Source of the DNA: Alphaproteobacteria bacterium
Lineage (GTDB): Bacteria > Pseudomonadota > Alphaproteobacteria > UBA828
Reading direction: 5' to 3'
NCBI GenBank assembly: GCA_963422645.2
Contig: CAXXVO010000017.1
Span: forward strand, 234,553-298,552
DNA length: 64,000 nt
A program made the translations under genes and the position numbers. Every line of letters starts with the position of its first letter. Positions within the stretch are counted from its first letter, which is position 1. Positions 49,984 through 58,964 of this stretch are shown one piece after another. Below the pieces are notes generated by a model. It ran no database searches. It worked only from the letters and a program-made list of their open reading frames with translations, and was not told the origin of the DNA.

Positions 49984-50526
49984 GTGATCGACATCCAGGA
50001 CGCGATCCGCCGGCTCATGGCGCACGACGGCCTGCGTCCGCCCCACGGCTTCCTGCCGGGCTCCTTCCCCGGCGGCATCGACACGATGTTCGACGAGGCG
50101 ACATGGAAGGCCTACGGCTGGAACCCGATCCCCGGCCTGCCGGACTACGGCCCCGACCCGGACGCCAGCCCCAAGCCGGCATGGGCCATGATCGCCGAAG
50201 CGGGCGAGCGCGCCGCCGCCGAAGACCTCCGGCAAGAAAGGGCGCAAGGGCTCGACCGGGAGGCAACCCGCCGCATCCGGAAGGCCTACGGGGCAAGGAG
50301 CTGGGAGCACGAGGCCAGACGGCGGCTGCGCGGCGCCGCCACCGAGGAGCAGGACGCCGAACGCGACCGCCTGCGCCGGCTCTGCCGCGCGCTCCGCAAG
50401 CGCATCGAAACCATGGACGCGGGCGCGCTCGAGCGCTTCGACGCAGCCGACGACAGACACTGGCGCCCGCCCGAAGCCGGGCCCGCCCAGCCCCCCGCGC
50501 CCGAGGCGGAGGAGAAGGCGGAATAG
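49984..50526 (+). CDS. Hypothetical phage protein, possibly tail-fibre-assembly-like
   Basis: GGAGG RBS; 180 aa with PKPAW motif, charged helices and a D...W end. Confidence 0.6.
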   Translation: MIDIQDAIRRLMAHDGLRPPHGFLPGSFPGGIDTMFDEATWKAYGWNPIPGLPDYGPDPDASPKPAWAMIAEAGERAAAEDLRQERAQGLDREATRRIRKAYGARSWEHEARRRLRGAATEEQDAERDRLRRLCRALRKRIETMDAGALERFDAADDRHWRPPEAGPAQPPAPEAEEKAE

Positions 50527-50645
50527 AACCCTTGCAGGGGCCGTGCACACCGAATTCCGCGCCCCTGAACGGCCCGTGCATGGCCGATGCAGAGGCCGTT
50601 TTTCCAGCCCGAATCAGCCCCGAAAATCAGCCTGTTTTCCAGGCC

Positions 50646-50689
50646 ATTCGCAAAGACTTCTGGCCGCGATTCGCAAAGACTTCTGGCCG
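50646..50689 (-). repeat. Right-end putative transposase-binding sites R2 and R1
   Basis: ATTCGCAAAGACTTCTGGCCG at 50646-50666 and 50669-50689; core is the reverse complement of the left-end AAGTCTTTGCGAAT. Confidence 0.87.
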
Positions 50690-50695
50690 GCTACA

Positions 50696-51396
50696 GCGCT
50701 CGCCGTGTGCGCATGGGCCATCACATAGGTGCGCCGGGTCGCCGCCTCCTCCACGCCGACCCTGATTTCCTCGTCGGAGTACTGGTCCATCCAGAGGGGA
50801 TCGGTCGGCGAGAGCACGCCGCCCGACACCATCATCTTGATCTGGTGCGCTCCCTTGCGAAGCTCCTCCCGCACCACCTGGCGCACCGCATCGACGCCGT
50901 CGGCCACCTGCGAGACGATCCCGTGATAGCCGGCGCAGCCGCAGGGCTCGAAGCGGGTCTGGTTGCGCATGTCGCCGTGGCCGCCGGTCTGGCTGATGGC
51001 CCGGCCGGAGAAGAGCACCCTCGAGCCCGCGATCAAGCCTTGCTCCACGGCGAGCGCCAGCCCCAGGTCGGCGCCGCCCGCATCGCGCACCGTGGTGAAG
51101 CCCCGCTTCAGCGAGCTTTCGAGGCTGAGCCTTGCGTGCTGGTAGATCAGGGACGCCGGCATGTCGTCGAGCGACGGGATGTTGAGGTCAACGAGGAGAG
51201 CGTGGAAATGGGCATCGATCAGGCCCGGCATCAGCGTTCGCCCGCCGCAGGCTACGCGTTCCGCATCGGCCGGTGCGCGGACCGCGCCGTCGGCGACCTC
51301 CTTGATCCGGCCCTCCTCGACCACCACGGCCGCGTTCTCGCGTGGCTCGGCGGAGACCCCGTCGAACACTCTGCATCCCTCGAAGATGATCGTCAC
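50696..51396 (-). pseudogene. 5' half of interrupted metal-dependent amidohydrolase
   Basis: TLMPGLIDAHFH, GFTTVRDAGG, SQTGGHGD, IKMMVSGGV and VMAHAHTASA, followed by the element end. Confidence 0.92.
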
Positions 51397-51428
51397 GGCG
51401 CCATTCTCCCCTTTGCTCAATCCGCCCT

Positions 51429-53189
51429 TTACCAGGCGAGCCCGTAGGCCGGTCGCCGCGGGTCCGCCCCGCCCGAGAGCGTGCCCCCTTCGCCCTCCTT
51501 GACCAGCACGCACATGGCGCCGGCGGGCCAAGCCCACTCCGGCCACCACTCGACCCCGTGGCCCCAGGCGGCGAGTGTGTCGCCGGCTGCCTCCGAGATG
51601 CGCCCCTCCAGCATCAGCTTGCCCGGATGGTACTCGTGCGGCTCGAAGGAATTGGGGAAGCTCATGGTCGCAAACCTTGGCGCTTCCACCGCGGCCTGCG
51701 GGTTCATGCCGTAGACCACGATGTTCACGAAGGTCTGGAGCATCGCCTGGATCTGAACGTCGCCGCCGGGCGTGCCGAAGGGCATGACGAACCCGTCTTC
51801 GCCCATGGCGAGCGCCGGGTTTGGCGTGAGCCGCGGCCGCTTGCCGGGCGCCACGCTCGAGGCGTGCGCGGGATCGGCCCAGGACTGCGCGCCGCGCGAA
51901 GAGGCGCAAAGCCCGGTGCCCGGAATTACCGGCGAATCGAATGAGATATCGCTCGGCGTCGCCGAGAAGACGTTGCCTTCGTCATCGATGACGCAGACGT
52001 AGGAGGTGTCGTGCGCGGCCTCCACGGGCCCCGTTGAGGCCGCTCCCTGCGCGCAGGCGAGCGTCGCCAGTCCTTGCGCCGGGTCGCCCGCCGGCGGCAT
52101 CTCGAGCCATGCCTCGCCGGGCCGGATGAGGGCGCGGCGGCTGGCGGCGTAGTCGTCGGAGAGGAGCGCCGCCGTCGGCACGTCGACGAAGCGCGGGTCG
52201 CCGATCCAGCGCTCGCGGTCGGCAAAAGCTAATTTCAGCGCCTCCGCCATCATGTGCAGCGCTTCCGGGCTGTTGTGGCCGTGCGCGGCCAGCGCCTTCG
52301 TGTCCAGCAGGCGAAGCGCCTGAAGCAGCGTCGGCCCCTGGCACCAGGGGCCGCAGGCGTAAACGTCGATGCCCTCGATCGTGACCCGCTCGGGCGGCTC
52401 CACCGCCACCCTGAAGGAGGCGAGGTCGTCGGCCGTGAGCAGGCCGCCCTTCTCCCGGTGGTGGTTCACGATGGCGGCGGCGATGTCGCCCCGGTAGAAG
52501 GCCGCGCGGGCGGCATCGAGCCCGGCCCCGCGGTCGTCGCCGGCAGCGCGCTCCTCGTCCGCCATGTACTGGAGCGAGCGCCCGAGGTCGGCCTGCACAA
52601 AGAGATCGCCCACGGCAGGCGGCCGGCCGCCGGGCAGATAGATTTCGGCGTTCGACGGCCAGCGGTTGTACGCGTCGGCCTTCTTGGCGATGACGCTCGC
52701 CATCAGTGGGTACATCACGAAGCCGTCGCGTGCGAGCCGGATCGCGGCCTCTGCCACCTCGCCGAAGGTCATGGTGCCGTGGCGTTCCAGCGCGGTGATC
52801 CAGGCGTCCGGCGCGCTCGGCACGACTGTGCGCAGCGGGCCCACCGGGATGTGACCGTCGTGCTCGCGCACGAAGAGATCGGGCGTAACCGCCGCCGGCC
52901 AGGTGCCGAGCCCGCTAATGGTCTCCACCTGCCCGGTCTTCGCGCTGTAGAGGATGATCGGCGCAACGCCCGCGACGTTGACGAGATCACTGTGCACGAC
53001 ACCCAAAGCGATGCCCGCGGCGACGCCCGCATCGATGGCGTTGCCGCCCGCCTCCAGGATCGCGAAGCCTGCCTGTGCGGCGAGGTAGTGTCCGGCCACG
53101 ATCGCGTGCCGGTGGCCGCGGATCACCGGCCTGAGCGCGTCGATCGCCTCCGGGTCGAACAGCGCGTACTCGCTCCTGCGTTCGCTCAT
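51429..53189 (-). CDS. ggt: Gamma-glutamyltransferase family protein
   Basis: GGNAIDAGVA, LKLAFADR, DTSY (nucleophile Thr), PGKRP and FGTPGGD motifs. Confidence 0.9.
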   Translation of the reverse strand: MSERRSEYALFDPEAIDALRPVIRGHRHAIVAGHYLAAQAGFAILEAGGNAIDAGVAAGIALGVVHSDLVNVAGVAPIILYSAKTGQVETISGLGTWPAAVTPDLFVREHDGHIPVGPLRTVVPSAPDAWITALERHGTMTFGEVAEAAIRLARDGFVMYPLMASVIAKKADAYNRWPSNAEIYLPGGRPPAVGDLFVQADLGRSLQYMADEERAAGDDRGAGLDAARAAFYRGDIAAAIVNHHREKGGLLTADDLASFRVAVEPPERVTIEGIDVYACGPWCQGPTLLQALRLLDTKALAAHGHNSPEALHMMAEALKLAFADRERWIGDPRFVDVPTAALLSDDYAASRRALIRPGEAWLEMPPAGDPAQGLATLACAQGAASTGPVEAAHDTSYVCVIDDEGNVFSATPSDISFDSPVIPGTGLCASSRGAQSWADPAHASSVAPGKRPRLTPNPALAMGEDGFVMPFGTPGGDVQIQAMLQTFVNIVVYGMNPQAAVEAPRFATMSFPNSFEPHEYHPGKLMLEGRISEAAGDTLAAWGHGVEWWPEWAWPAGAMCVLVKEGEGGTLSGGADPRRPAYGLAW

Positions 53190-53191
53190 GG

Positions 53192-54454
53192 CTACTCCTG
53201 ATTCGCGAGGTCGACGAGGCAGGCGGCCAGCGTCCGGGCACCCGCAGCAAGGTCGGCCGGCGTCGCGTTCTCCGCCTCGTTGTGGCTGACGCCCCGCTCG
53301 CAGGGCACGAAGATCATGCCGGTAGGGCAAAGGTGATTGATGTGGCCTGCATCGTGGCCCGCGCCGGAGGGCATGCGCATGACCGGATGGCCCAGGCTCG
53401 CGGCATAGCCCTCCACCATGTCGATCAGGGTGGGGTCGAACACCAGAGGCGCAATTTCCATGATGGGCCGGACCGTGACCGTGCAGCCGCGTGCGTGCGC
53501 CTCGCAGGTGGGCGCGATCTGCGCGCTGATGCGCGCGATCAGGTCGGGGTCGGGATGGCGGAAGTCGATGGTGAAGAACGCGTGGCCCGGCACGGTGGCG
53601 GGCGAGCCGGGATGGCACTCGAAGCGGCCGACGGTGAAGCGCACCGTGTCGGACTCGTCGGCCATCAGCCCCTCGAGCGCAGTCACCATGGCCACCGCCG
53701 CCTTGAGCGCATCCCTGCGCACCCTGAGCGGGGTGGTGCCCGCGTGCGCCTCCGCGCCACTCACCTCCACGGTGAACCAGTAGATGCCCTGGATCCCGGT
53801 CACGGCGCCGATGGTCAGGCCTTCGTTCTCGAGCCGCGGACCCTGCTCGATGTGCGCTTCAACGTAAGCCGCGAATGGATGGCCGAAGGGGCGGTGCGCC
53901 AGCCCCGGCGTGGACGCGAGCGTCTCGGCGAGCGCGTCTTCGAGCGTCACTCCCTCGCGATCCACGAGGCCGAGTTGCTCCTCCAGCCGCATCACGCCGG
54001 CGAACACCGCAGACCCCATGGCGCCCGGCTGGAAGCGCCCGCCCTCCTCATTGGTCCATGCCACCACGTCGATGGGCCGCTCGGTCTCGATCCCGGCCTG
54101 CGCGATGGCTTCGAGCGCCTCGAACCCGCCGATCACGCCATAGGAGCCGTCGAACTTGCCGCCGCGCGGCTGGCTGTCGAGGTGGCTCCCCGTCACCACG
54201 GGCGCCGCATCTGCCTGCCGGCCAGGGCGGCGGACGTAGAGGTTCGCGATGTCGTCGGTCGCAACGTCGAAGCCGAGATCGCCGGCCCACTCCACCATCA
54301 GTGCCCGGGCGCGGCGGTCTTCGTCGGAGAGTGCGGCGCGGTTGACCCCGCCCTTCGCGGTCGCGCCGATCTCCGCCATCGCCATCTGGCGGGACCAGAG
54401 CCTCGCCTCGTCCACTGCCGCTGCCGCCGCGAGCGCTTCTGCCTTCGCATCCAT
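53192..54454 (-). CDS. M20 Zn-dependent N-carbamoyl-amino-acid/beta-ureidopropionase-type hydrolase
   Basis: TGSHLDSQP.GGKFDG, NEEGGRF, EAHIEQGP, HAGTTP and SGAGHDA motifs. Confidence 0.92.
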   Translation of the reverse strand: MDAKAEALAAAAAVDEARLWSRQMAMAEIGATAKGGVNRAALSDEDRRARALMVEWAGDLGFDVATDDIANLYVRRPGRQADAAPVVTGSHLDSQPRGGKFDGSYGVIGGFEALEAIAQAGIETERPIDVVAWTNEEGGRFQPGAMGSAVFAGVMRLEEQLGLVDREGVTLEDALAETLASTPGLAHRPFGHPFAAYVEAHIEQGPRLENEGLTIGAVTGIQGIYWFTVEVSGAEAHAGTTPLRVRRDALKAAVAMVTALEGLMADESDTVRFTVGRFECHPGSPATVPGHAFFTIDFRHPDPDLIARISAQIAPTCEAHARGCTVTVRPIMEIAPLVFDPTLIDMVEGYAASLGHPVMRMPSGAGHDAGHINHLCPTGMIFVPCERGVSHNEAENATPADLAAGARTLAACLVDLANQE

Positions 54455-54520
54455 CGCCCACCTCCCGCCGCGCACCGTAGAATACGGCACCCCGTAAGCA
54501 AAGCGGGCCGGCGGTATTCG

Positions 54521-55615
54521 TCAGGCGCCCGGTCCTCCTTCGGCAGCGACCGGCACCGGCCTGCCCAGCCGGGCGGATTCGAGCGCGGCGAGCGCGAAGC
54601 GCAGCACCTGCCGGCCCTCGCGCGCGGTCAGCACCGGACGCCCGCCTTGCGACAGCACCTTCAGAAAGTGGCGTGTGGAGAGCACGAAGCTTTGCTCCCA
54701 GCCGGTCGCCACGTCGCGGAACTCGGTGATGGTGTCGTCCCGGTACAACGCCACCGGCGGCGTGTCGCCCAGGCGCCCGTGGCCGCCGTTCACCCAGATC
54801 ACGCCCTTGCTGCCGGTGATCTCCACGCGGTCGTCCTGGGCATAGTGGCGGGTTGCGATCTCAAGCTCCGGCGAATGGACGATCTCCAGGTTGCCGATGC
54901 GGTTGCCGGGAAAGCGGAACGAGACGATCGAGGGCGCGTCCAGCCGCTCCCGGTGGTCTGCCGTTTCGGTCTGCCCGATGAAGGCGTGGACCTCCTCCGG
55001 CTCGCCCATGAAGTGCCAGGCGAGGGCGAACTTGTGGTGGCCGTCGTCGAACACCAGCGGCCCGCCGCCGGATTTTTCGGGCCGCTGCCGCCAGGCGATG
55101 GCGCTTGCCGGCACGTCCCAGGCGGTGGCACTCCGCCCCGGGTTGCTCTTGATACGGATGGAGAGCGGCGTGCCGATCGCGTCGTCCGCGATCAGCTCCC
55201 TCGCACGGACGACCGGGGGGTAGAACAGGAAGTTCTCGAACACCTTGAACGGGCGGTCCGAGGCGTCCGCCGCGGCGACCAGGCGGTCGGCCTCCTCGAG
55301 CGAGATGCACATCGGCTTCTGGAGCGAGACCACCTTGCCGGCATCGACGGCCTTCAGCGCCGCTTCCAGATGCAGATGATGGGGCAGCAGGATCTCGACC
55401 AGATCCACGTCCGGGCGGGCGAGCAGCGCATCGATGTCGTCGCAGATTGCGACGTCGTCCAAGCCCCAGGCCGCCGCCCGCTCCGCCGCACGCGCGGTGT
55501 CCTGATCGCAGAGCGCCACGATCCGCGCCAGCGGGCTGGCCAGGTACTCGATGGCGTGCAGATCGGAGATCCGGCCCGTGCCCACGATGCCGACTCCAAT
55601 GGGACCGCTTTGCAT
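54521..55615 (-). CDS. Gfo/Idh/MocA oxidoreductase
   Basis: GIVGTGRI, QKPM and GGPLVFDDGHH motifs. Confidence 0.9.
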   Translation of the reverse strand: MQSGPIGVGIVGTGRISDLHAIEYLASPLARIVALCDQDTARAAERAAAWGLDDVAICDDIDALLARPDVDLVEILLPHHLHLEAALKAVDAGKVVSLQKPMCISLEEADRLVAAADASDRPFKVFENFLFYPPVVRARELIADDAIGTPLSIRIKSNPGRSATAWDVPASAIAWRQRPEKSGGGPLVFDDGHHKFALAWHFMGEPEEVHAFIGQTETADHRERLDAPSIVSFRFPGNRIGNLEIVHSPELEIATRHYAQDDRVEITGSKGVIWVNGGHGRLGDTPPVALYRDDTITEFRDVATGWEQSFVLSTRHFLKVLSQGGRPVLTAREGRQVLRFALAALESARLGRPVPVAAEGGPGA

Positions 55616-55840
55616 GACTCTTCAGCTCCCGTCGCGGCAGCGCATTAACACGCCGGCCATGCGGCGTCGCCCCGCAGCGCCAATACGCCGCGAACGTAGG
55701 CGGAGTCCGCGCCGTCGTGCAACGCAGGTTGCCGATGTCTTGCTGATGGTTCGGTATGCTCTCGTGCGATACCCTGGTGCATTTGCCCCCTTTTCGTTGA
55801 CACTGCGCGAAGCGATACGCTTGACTGCCGAGGCGCTCAT

Positions 55841-55854
55841 TGACAGCGCTGGCA
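55841..55854. promoter_or_regulatory. LacI-family operator-like palindrome
   Basis: TGACAGCGCTGGCA, 25 bp upstream of the sugar-binding protein start. Confidence 0.5.
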
Positions 55855-55878
55855 TATCAACCGCACGGGGGAATATCC

Positions 55879-57150
55879 ATGATCACTCTCAACAGGCGCA
55901 GGCTGCTGGCCGCCGTGGCGGTCGCGCCGGCCCTGCTGCTCGGCGCGCCCGCTTTCGCGCAAGGCGGCGACGTCACCCTGACGCACTACTTCACCGGCGA
56001 GTTCGGACTCAAGATCTTCAATGAGCAGGTCGCGAAGTTCGAAGCCGACACGGACTACACGATCAAGAACAGCCCCATCGGTCACGAGGACTTCAAGACC
56101 GATATCCTGGTGCGCGCGGCCGGCGACAGCCTGCCGGACGTCTTCAGCTACTGGGCCGGGGCGCGGACGCAGTTCGTCGTCGATTCCGGAAGCCTCCATC
56201 CCATCGACGAGATGTGGGCCCGGGACGGCCTCGACAATGTGGTGGCGAAGTCGGTGGCCGACAGCGCTACCATGTACAACGGCCAGCGCTACCTGGTGCC
56301 GTTCAACTACCACTACGCGGGCATGTTCTATAACACCCAGGTGCTTGCGGACGCAGGCGTCACCGATATGCCGACGACCTGGGACGGGTTCATGGCGCTC
56401 TGCGAGACGCTGAAGGGCAAGGGCGTGACGCCGATCGCGCTCGGCTCGAAGAACCGCTGGCCCGCCCAGTTCTGGTTCGACTACTTGCTGCTCGGCACCG
56501 CTGGCCCCGACTACCGCGCAAGTCTGATGAATGGCTCCGCGGCTTACGACGACGCCGAGGTCAAGGCCGCCATGGCGATGTGGAGGGATCTGGCGGACAA
56601 GGGATACTTCGCGGCCAACGCCAACGCCGATTCGTGGACGGATGCGTCCGACAAGGTGGCCCGCGGCGATGCGGCGATGACCCTGATGGGCACCTGGATC
56701 ACCGGCTACTGGAACGGACTGGAGCTGGAGGCCGGCAAGGACTATGACTTCTTCCCCTTCCCGTCCATCGCGGACGGCGTCCCCACGTCGGTGGTCGGCC
56801 CGGTGGACGGTCTGGTCATCTCCAACGACGGGGAGAACCGCGCCGGCGCCGAGGCGTTCCTGAGCTACATGATGTCGAGCGCCGATGTGCAGGCGAGCTG
56901 GACCGGCGCTTATGGGGCGCTCTCTGCCAACGTCAACGTCGATCCGGCGAACTACAACGTGGTCATGCAGCGGGTCTCCACCGTCGTGGCCGGCGCCGAC
57001 AACTTTGCGTTCAACTACGACCTCGCGACGCCACCACCGGTGGCGGAGGTCGGGCTCTCCATGTTCTCGCGCTTCATGGATGACCCGAGCCAGGTAGACG
57101 ACATCCTCGCTCAGGTCGCCGCGGACGCCGCCCAAGCGTTCACGGAGTAG
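55879..57150 (+). CDS. Carbohydrate ABC transporter substrate-binding protein
   Basis: LNRRRLL signal; PDVFSYW, YLVPF...MFYN, PTTWD and AAMTLMGTW motifs. Confidence 0.92.
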   Translation: MITLNRRRLLAAVAVAPALLLGAPAFAQGGDVTLTHYFTGEFGLKIFNEQVAKFEADTDYTIKNSPIGHEDFKTDILVRAAGDSLPDVFSYWAGARTQFVVDSGSLHPIDEMWARDGLDNVVAKSVADSATMYNGQRYLVPFNYHYAGMFYNTQVLADAGVTDMPTTWDGFMALCETLKGKGVTPIALGSKNRWPAQFWFDYLLLGTAGPDYRASLMNGSAAYDDAEVKAAMAMWRDLADKGYFAANANADSWTDASDKVARGDAAMTLMGTWITGYWNGLELEAGKDYDFFPFPSIADGVPTSVVGPVDGLVISNDGENRAGAEAFLSYMMSSADVQASWTGAYGALSANVNVDPANYNVVMQRVSTVVAGADNFAFNYDLATPPPVAEVGLSMFSRFMDDPSQVDDILAQVAADAAQAFTE

Positions 57151-57227
57151 ACGCGGTTTCGTGCGGGCGGGCCGCCGGGCGCTATTCACCCGGCGGCCCG
57201 TCCACCTTCCGGCATGAGCAGTGACCG

Positions 57228-58109
57228 ATGGAACGGGAGAACCGTTTCTGGCGGGTGACTCTGCTGGCTCTGCCGCTTGCGGTGTTCGCAGCGTTCGTGA
57301 TCTGGCCGCTTGCGAGCTCCTTCTACTACAGCTTCACCAACTGGAACGGCTTCAATCCCGACTACGACTACGTCGGCTTCGATAACTTCTTCAAGATTTA
57401 CACCGACAAGCTCTTCCTCAACGCCGCGATCAACACGGCGCTCTGGATCGTCGCGGCGATCGTCGTGCCGACCGTGCTCGGGCTTGCGCTCGCGCTCCTG
57501 ATCGACAGCCGCATTCCCGGCGGGTCGGTGTTCAAGTCGGTCTTCTACTTGCCCATCTGCCTCTCGGCCGTGGTGGTCGGGCAGATCTGGGTGTGGATCT
57601 ACCAGCCGGACTGGGGGCTGCTAAACACCGTGGTGGAGGCGGTGAGCGGCGAGCAGTTCAACTACGCGTGGCTGGCGAAGCCGGATAGCGCGCTGTGGTC
57701 GGTAATCCTCGTCTGGTCGTGGCAGCAGACCGGGCTCTCGATGGTGATCTTCCTGGCCGGGCTGACCACCATCCCCGAGGATCTGCTGGAGGTCTGCGAG
57801 ATCGAGGGCGCGAAAGTCTTTCAGCGCATCCGCCTGGTGGTCATCCCTCTGCTCGCGCCGGCCACCGTGGTGGTGATCGCGCTCAACGTCATCAACTCGC
57901 TCAAGGGGTTCGACATCCTCTACACCATGACCGGCGGCGGACCCTTCAACAGCTCCGACACGCTGGCCATGCACATGTACAACGAGTCCTTCAAGAAGTA
58001 CCTGATGGGCTACGGCAGCGCGATCTCGGTGGTACTGTTCCTGATCGCACTGACCATCATCCGCCTCTACTTCCGCCAGTTGCGCAAGGTCGACGCGCTC
58101 CATGGTTGA
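57228..58109 (+). CDS. Carbohydrate ABC transporter permease
   Basis: Hydrophobic; YVGFDNF, EAA-like loop and MTGGGP. Confidence 0.92.
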   Translation: MERENRFWRVTLLALPLAVFAAFVIWPLASSFYYSFTNWNGFNPDYDYVGFDNFFKIYTDKLFLNAAINTALWIVAAIVVPTVLGLALALLIDSRIPGGSVFKSVFYLPICLSAVVVGQIWVWIYQPDWGLLNTVVEAVSGEQFNYAWLAKPDSALWSVILVWSWQQTGLSMVIFLAGLTTIPEDLLEVCEIEGAKVFQRIRLVVIPLLAPATVVVIALNVINSLKGFDILYTMTGGGPFNSSDTLAMHMYNESFKKYLMGYGSAISVVLFLIALTIIRLYFRQLRKVDALHG

Positions 58110-58962
58110 CGCGGCGTACCTCCCAGAGACGCGCAGGCGGTTCAACCCATGGCCCGCGGTGATCTTCATCGCGCTCGCGGTTCTGGCGGTGCTATTCCTG
58201 GCGCCGACCGCCGGCGTGCTGCTCTCCTCGATCAAGACCACCCGCGAAATCGCGTTCGGCCAGCTGTGGACGATCCCGTCCGAGCTCTTCTGGGGCAACT
58301 TCGCCGAGGTGCTCGGCAATCCGGCGGTGCACCGATACTTCGCCAACACGATTCTCGTCACTGCTCCTGCGACGGTGTCCTCGATCGCGCTGGGGTCGCT
58401 GGCCGGCTACGTCTTCGCCAAGCTGCCCTTCCGCGGTAGCAACCTGCTCTTTCTCGTTATTGTCTCCGGCATGTTCTTCCCGCCGCAGGTGATCCTGATC
58501 CCGCTCTTTCGGCTCTTCAACGCCATGGATCTGATCGACACCCTCTACCCCATCATCATCATTCACACCGCGATGGGCATTCCCATCTGCACGCTCCTGA
58601 TGCGCAACTTCTTCGCCACCGTCCCGACCGCGCTGCGTGAGGCGGCCATCCTGGAAGGCGCGAACGAGTGGCAGGTGCTGACCCGGGTGGCGCTGCCGCT
58701 GAGCCTGCCGGCGCTGGCGGTGCTGGCAACGCTCCAGTTCACCTGGATCTGGAACGACTTCCTGTGGCCGCTCATCTTCACCCAGTCCGACGAGAATCGG
58801 ACCATCATGCTGGGGATCGTGAACCTGCAGGGGCAGTATTCGGTGGCCTGGGGGGTGCAGGGGTCGCTGTCGCTGATCGCGAGCCTGCCGACGCTCATCG
58901 TGTTCCTCTTCTTCCAGCGCTACTTCATCAAGGGGATGACCATGGGGGCGGTGAAGGGCTGA
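58102..58962 (+). CDS. Carbohydrate ABC transporter permease
   Basis: EAAILEGA, WNDFLWP and FQRYFIKG.T.GAVKG motifs. Confidence 0.93.
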   Translation: MVDAAYLPETRRRFNPWPAVIFIALAVLAVLFLAPTAGVLLSSIKTTREIAFGQLWTIPSELFWGNFAEVLGNPAVHRYFANTILVTAPATVSSIALGSLAGYVFAKLPFRGSNLLFLVIVSGMFFPPQVILIPLFRLFNAMDLIDTLYPIIIIHTAMGIPICTLLMRNFFATVPTALREAAILEGANEWQVLTRVALPLSLPALAVLATLQFTWIWNDFLWPLIFTQSDENRTIMLGIVNLQGQYSVAWGVQGSLSLIASLPTLIVFLFFQRYFIKGMTMGAVKG

Positions 58963-58964
58963 CG

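Larger units (their letters stand above)
46157..50695. mobile_element. Non-autonomous Mu-like mini-prophage, 4,539 bp
   Basis: TGTAG...CTACA termini; 5-bp TSD GCGCT (46152-46156, 50696-50700); inverted repeated end sites; phage head genes; no transposase. Confidence 0.9.

Noticed and set aside
46157-50695. Tn7/Tn5053-type transposon, intein or intron
   Set aside because: No tns/tni genes and the cargo is phage head genes. Insert plus TSD (4,544 bp) is not a multiple of 3, and no RT or intron structure was recognised.
55797-55845. Sigma70 promoter from TTGACA hexamers
   Set aside because: No convincing -10 element at 16-18 bp spacing.
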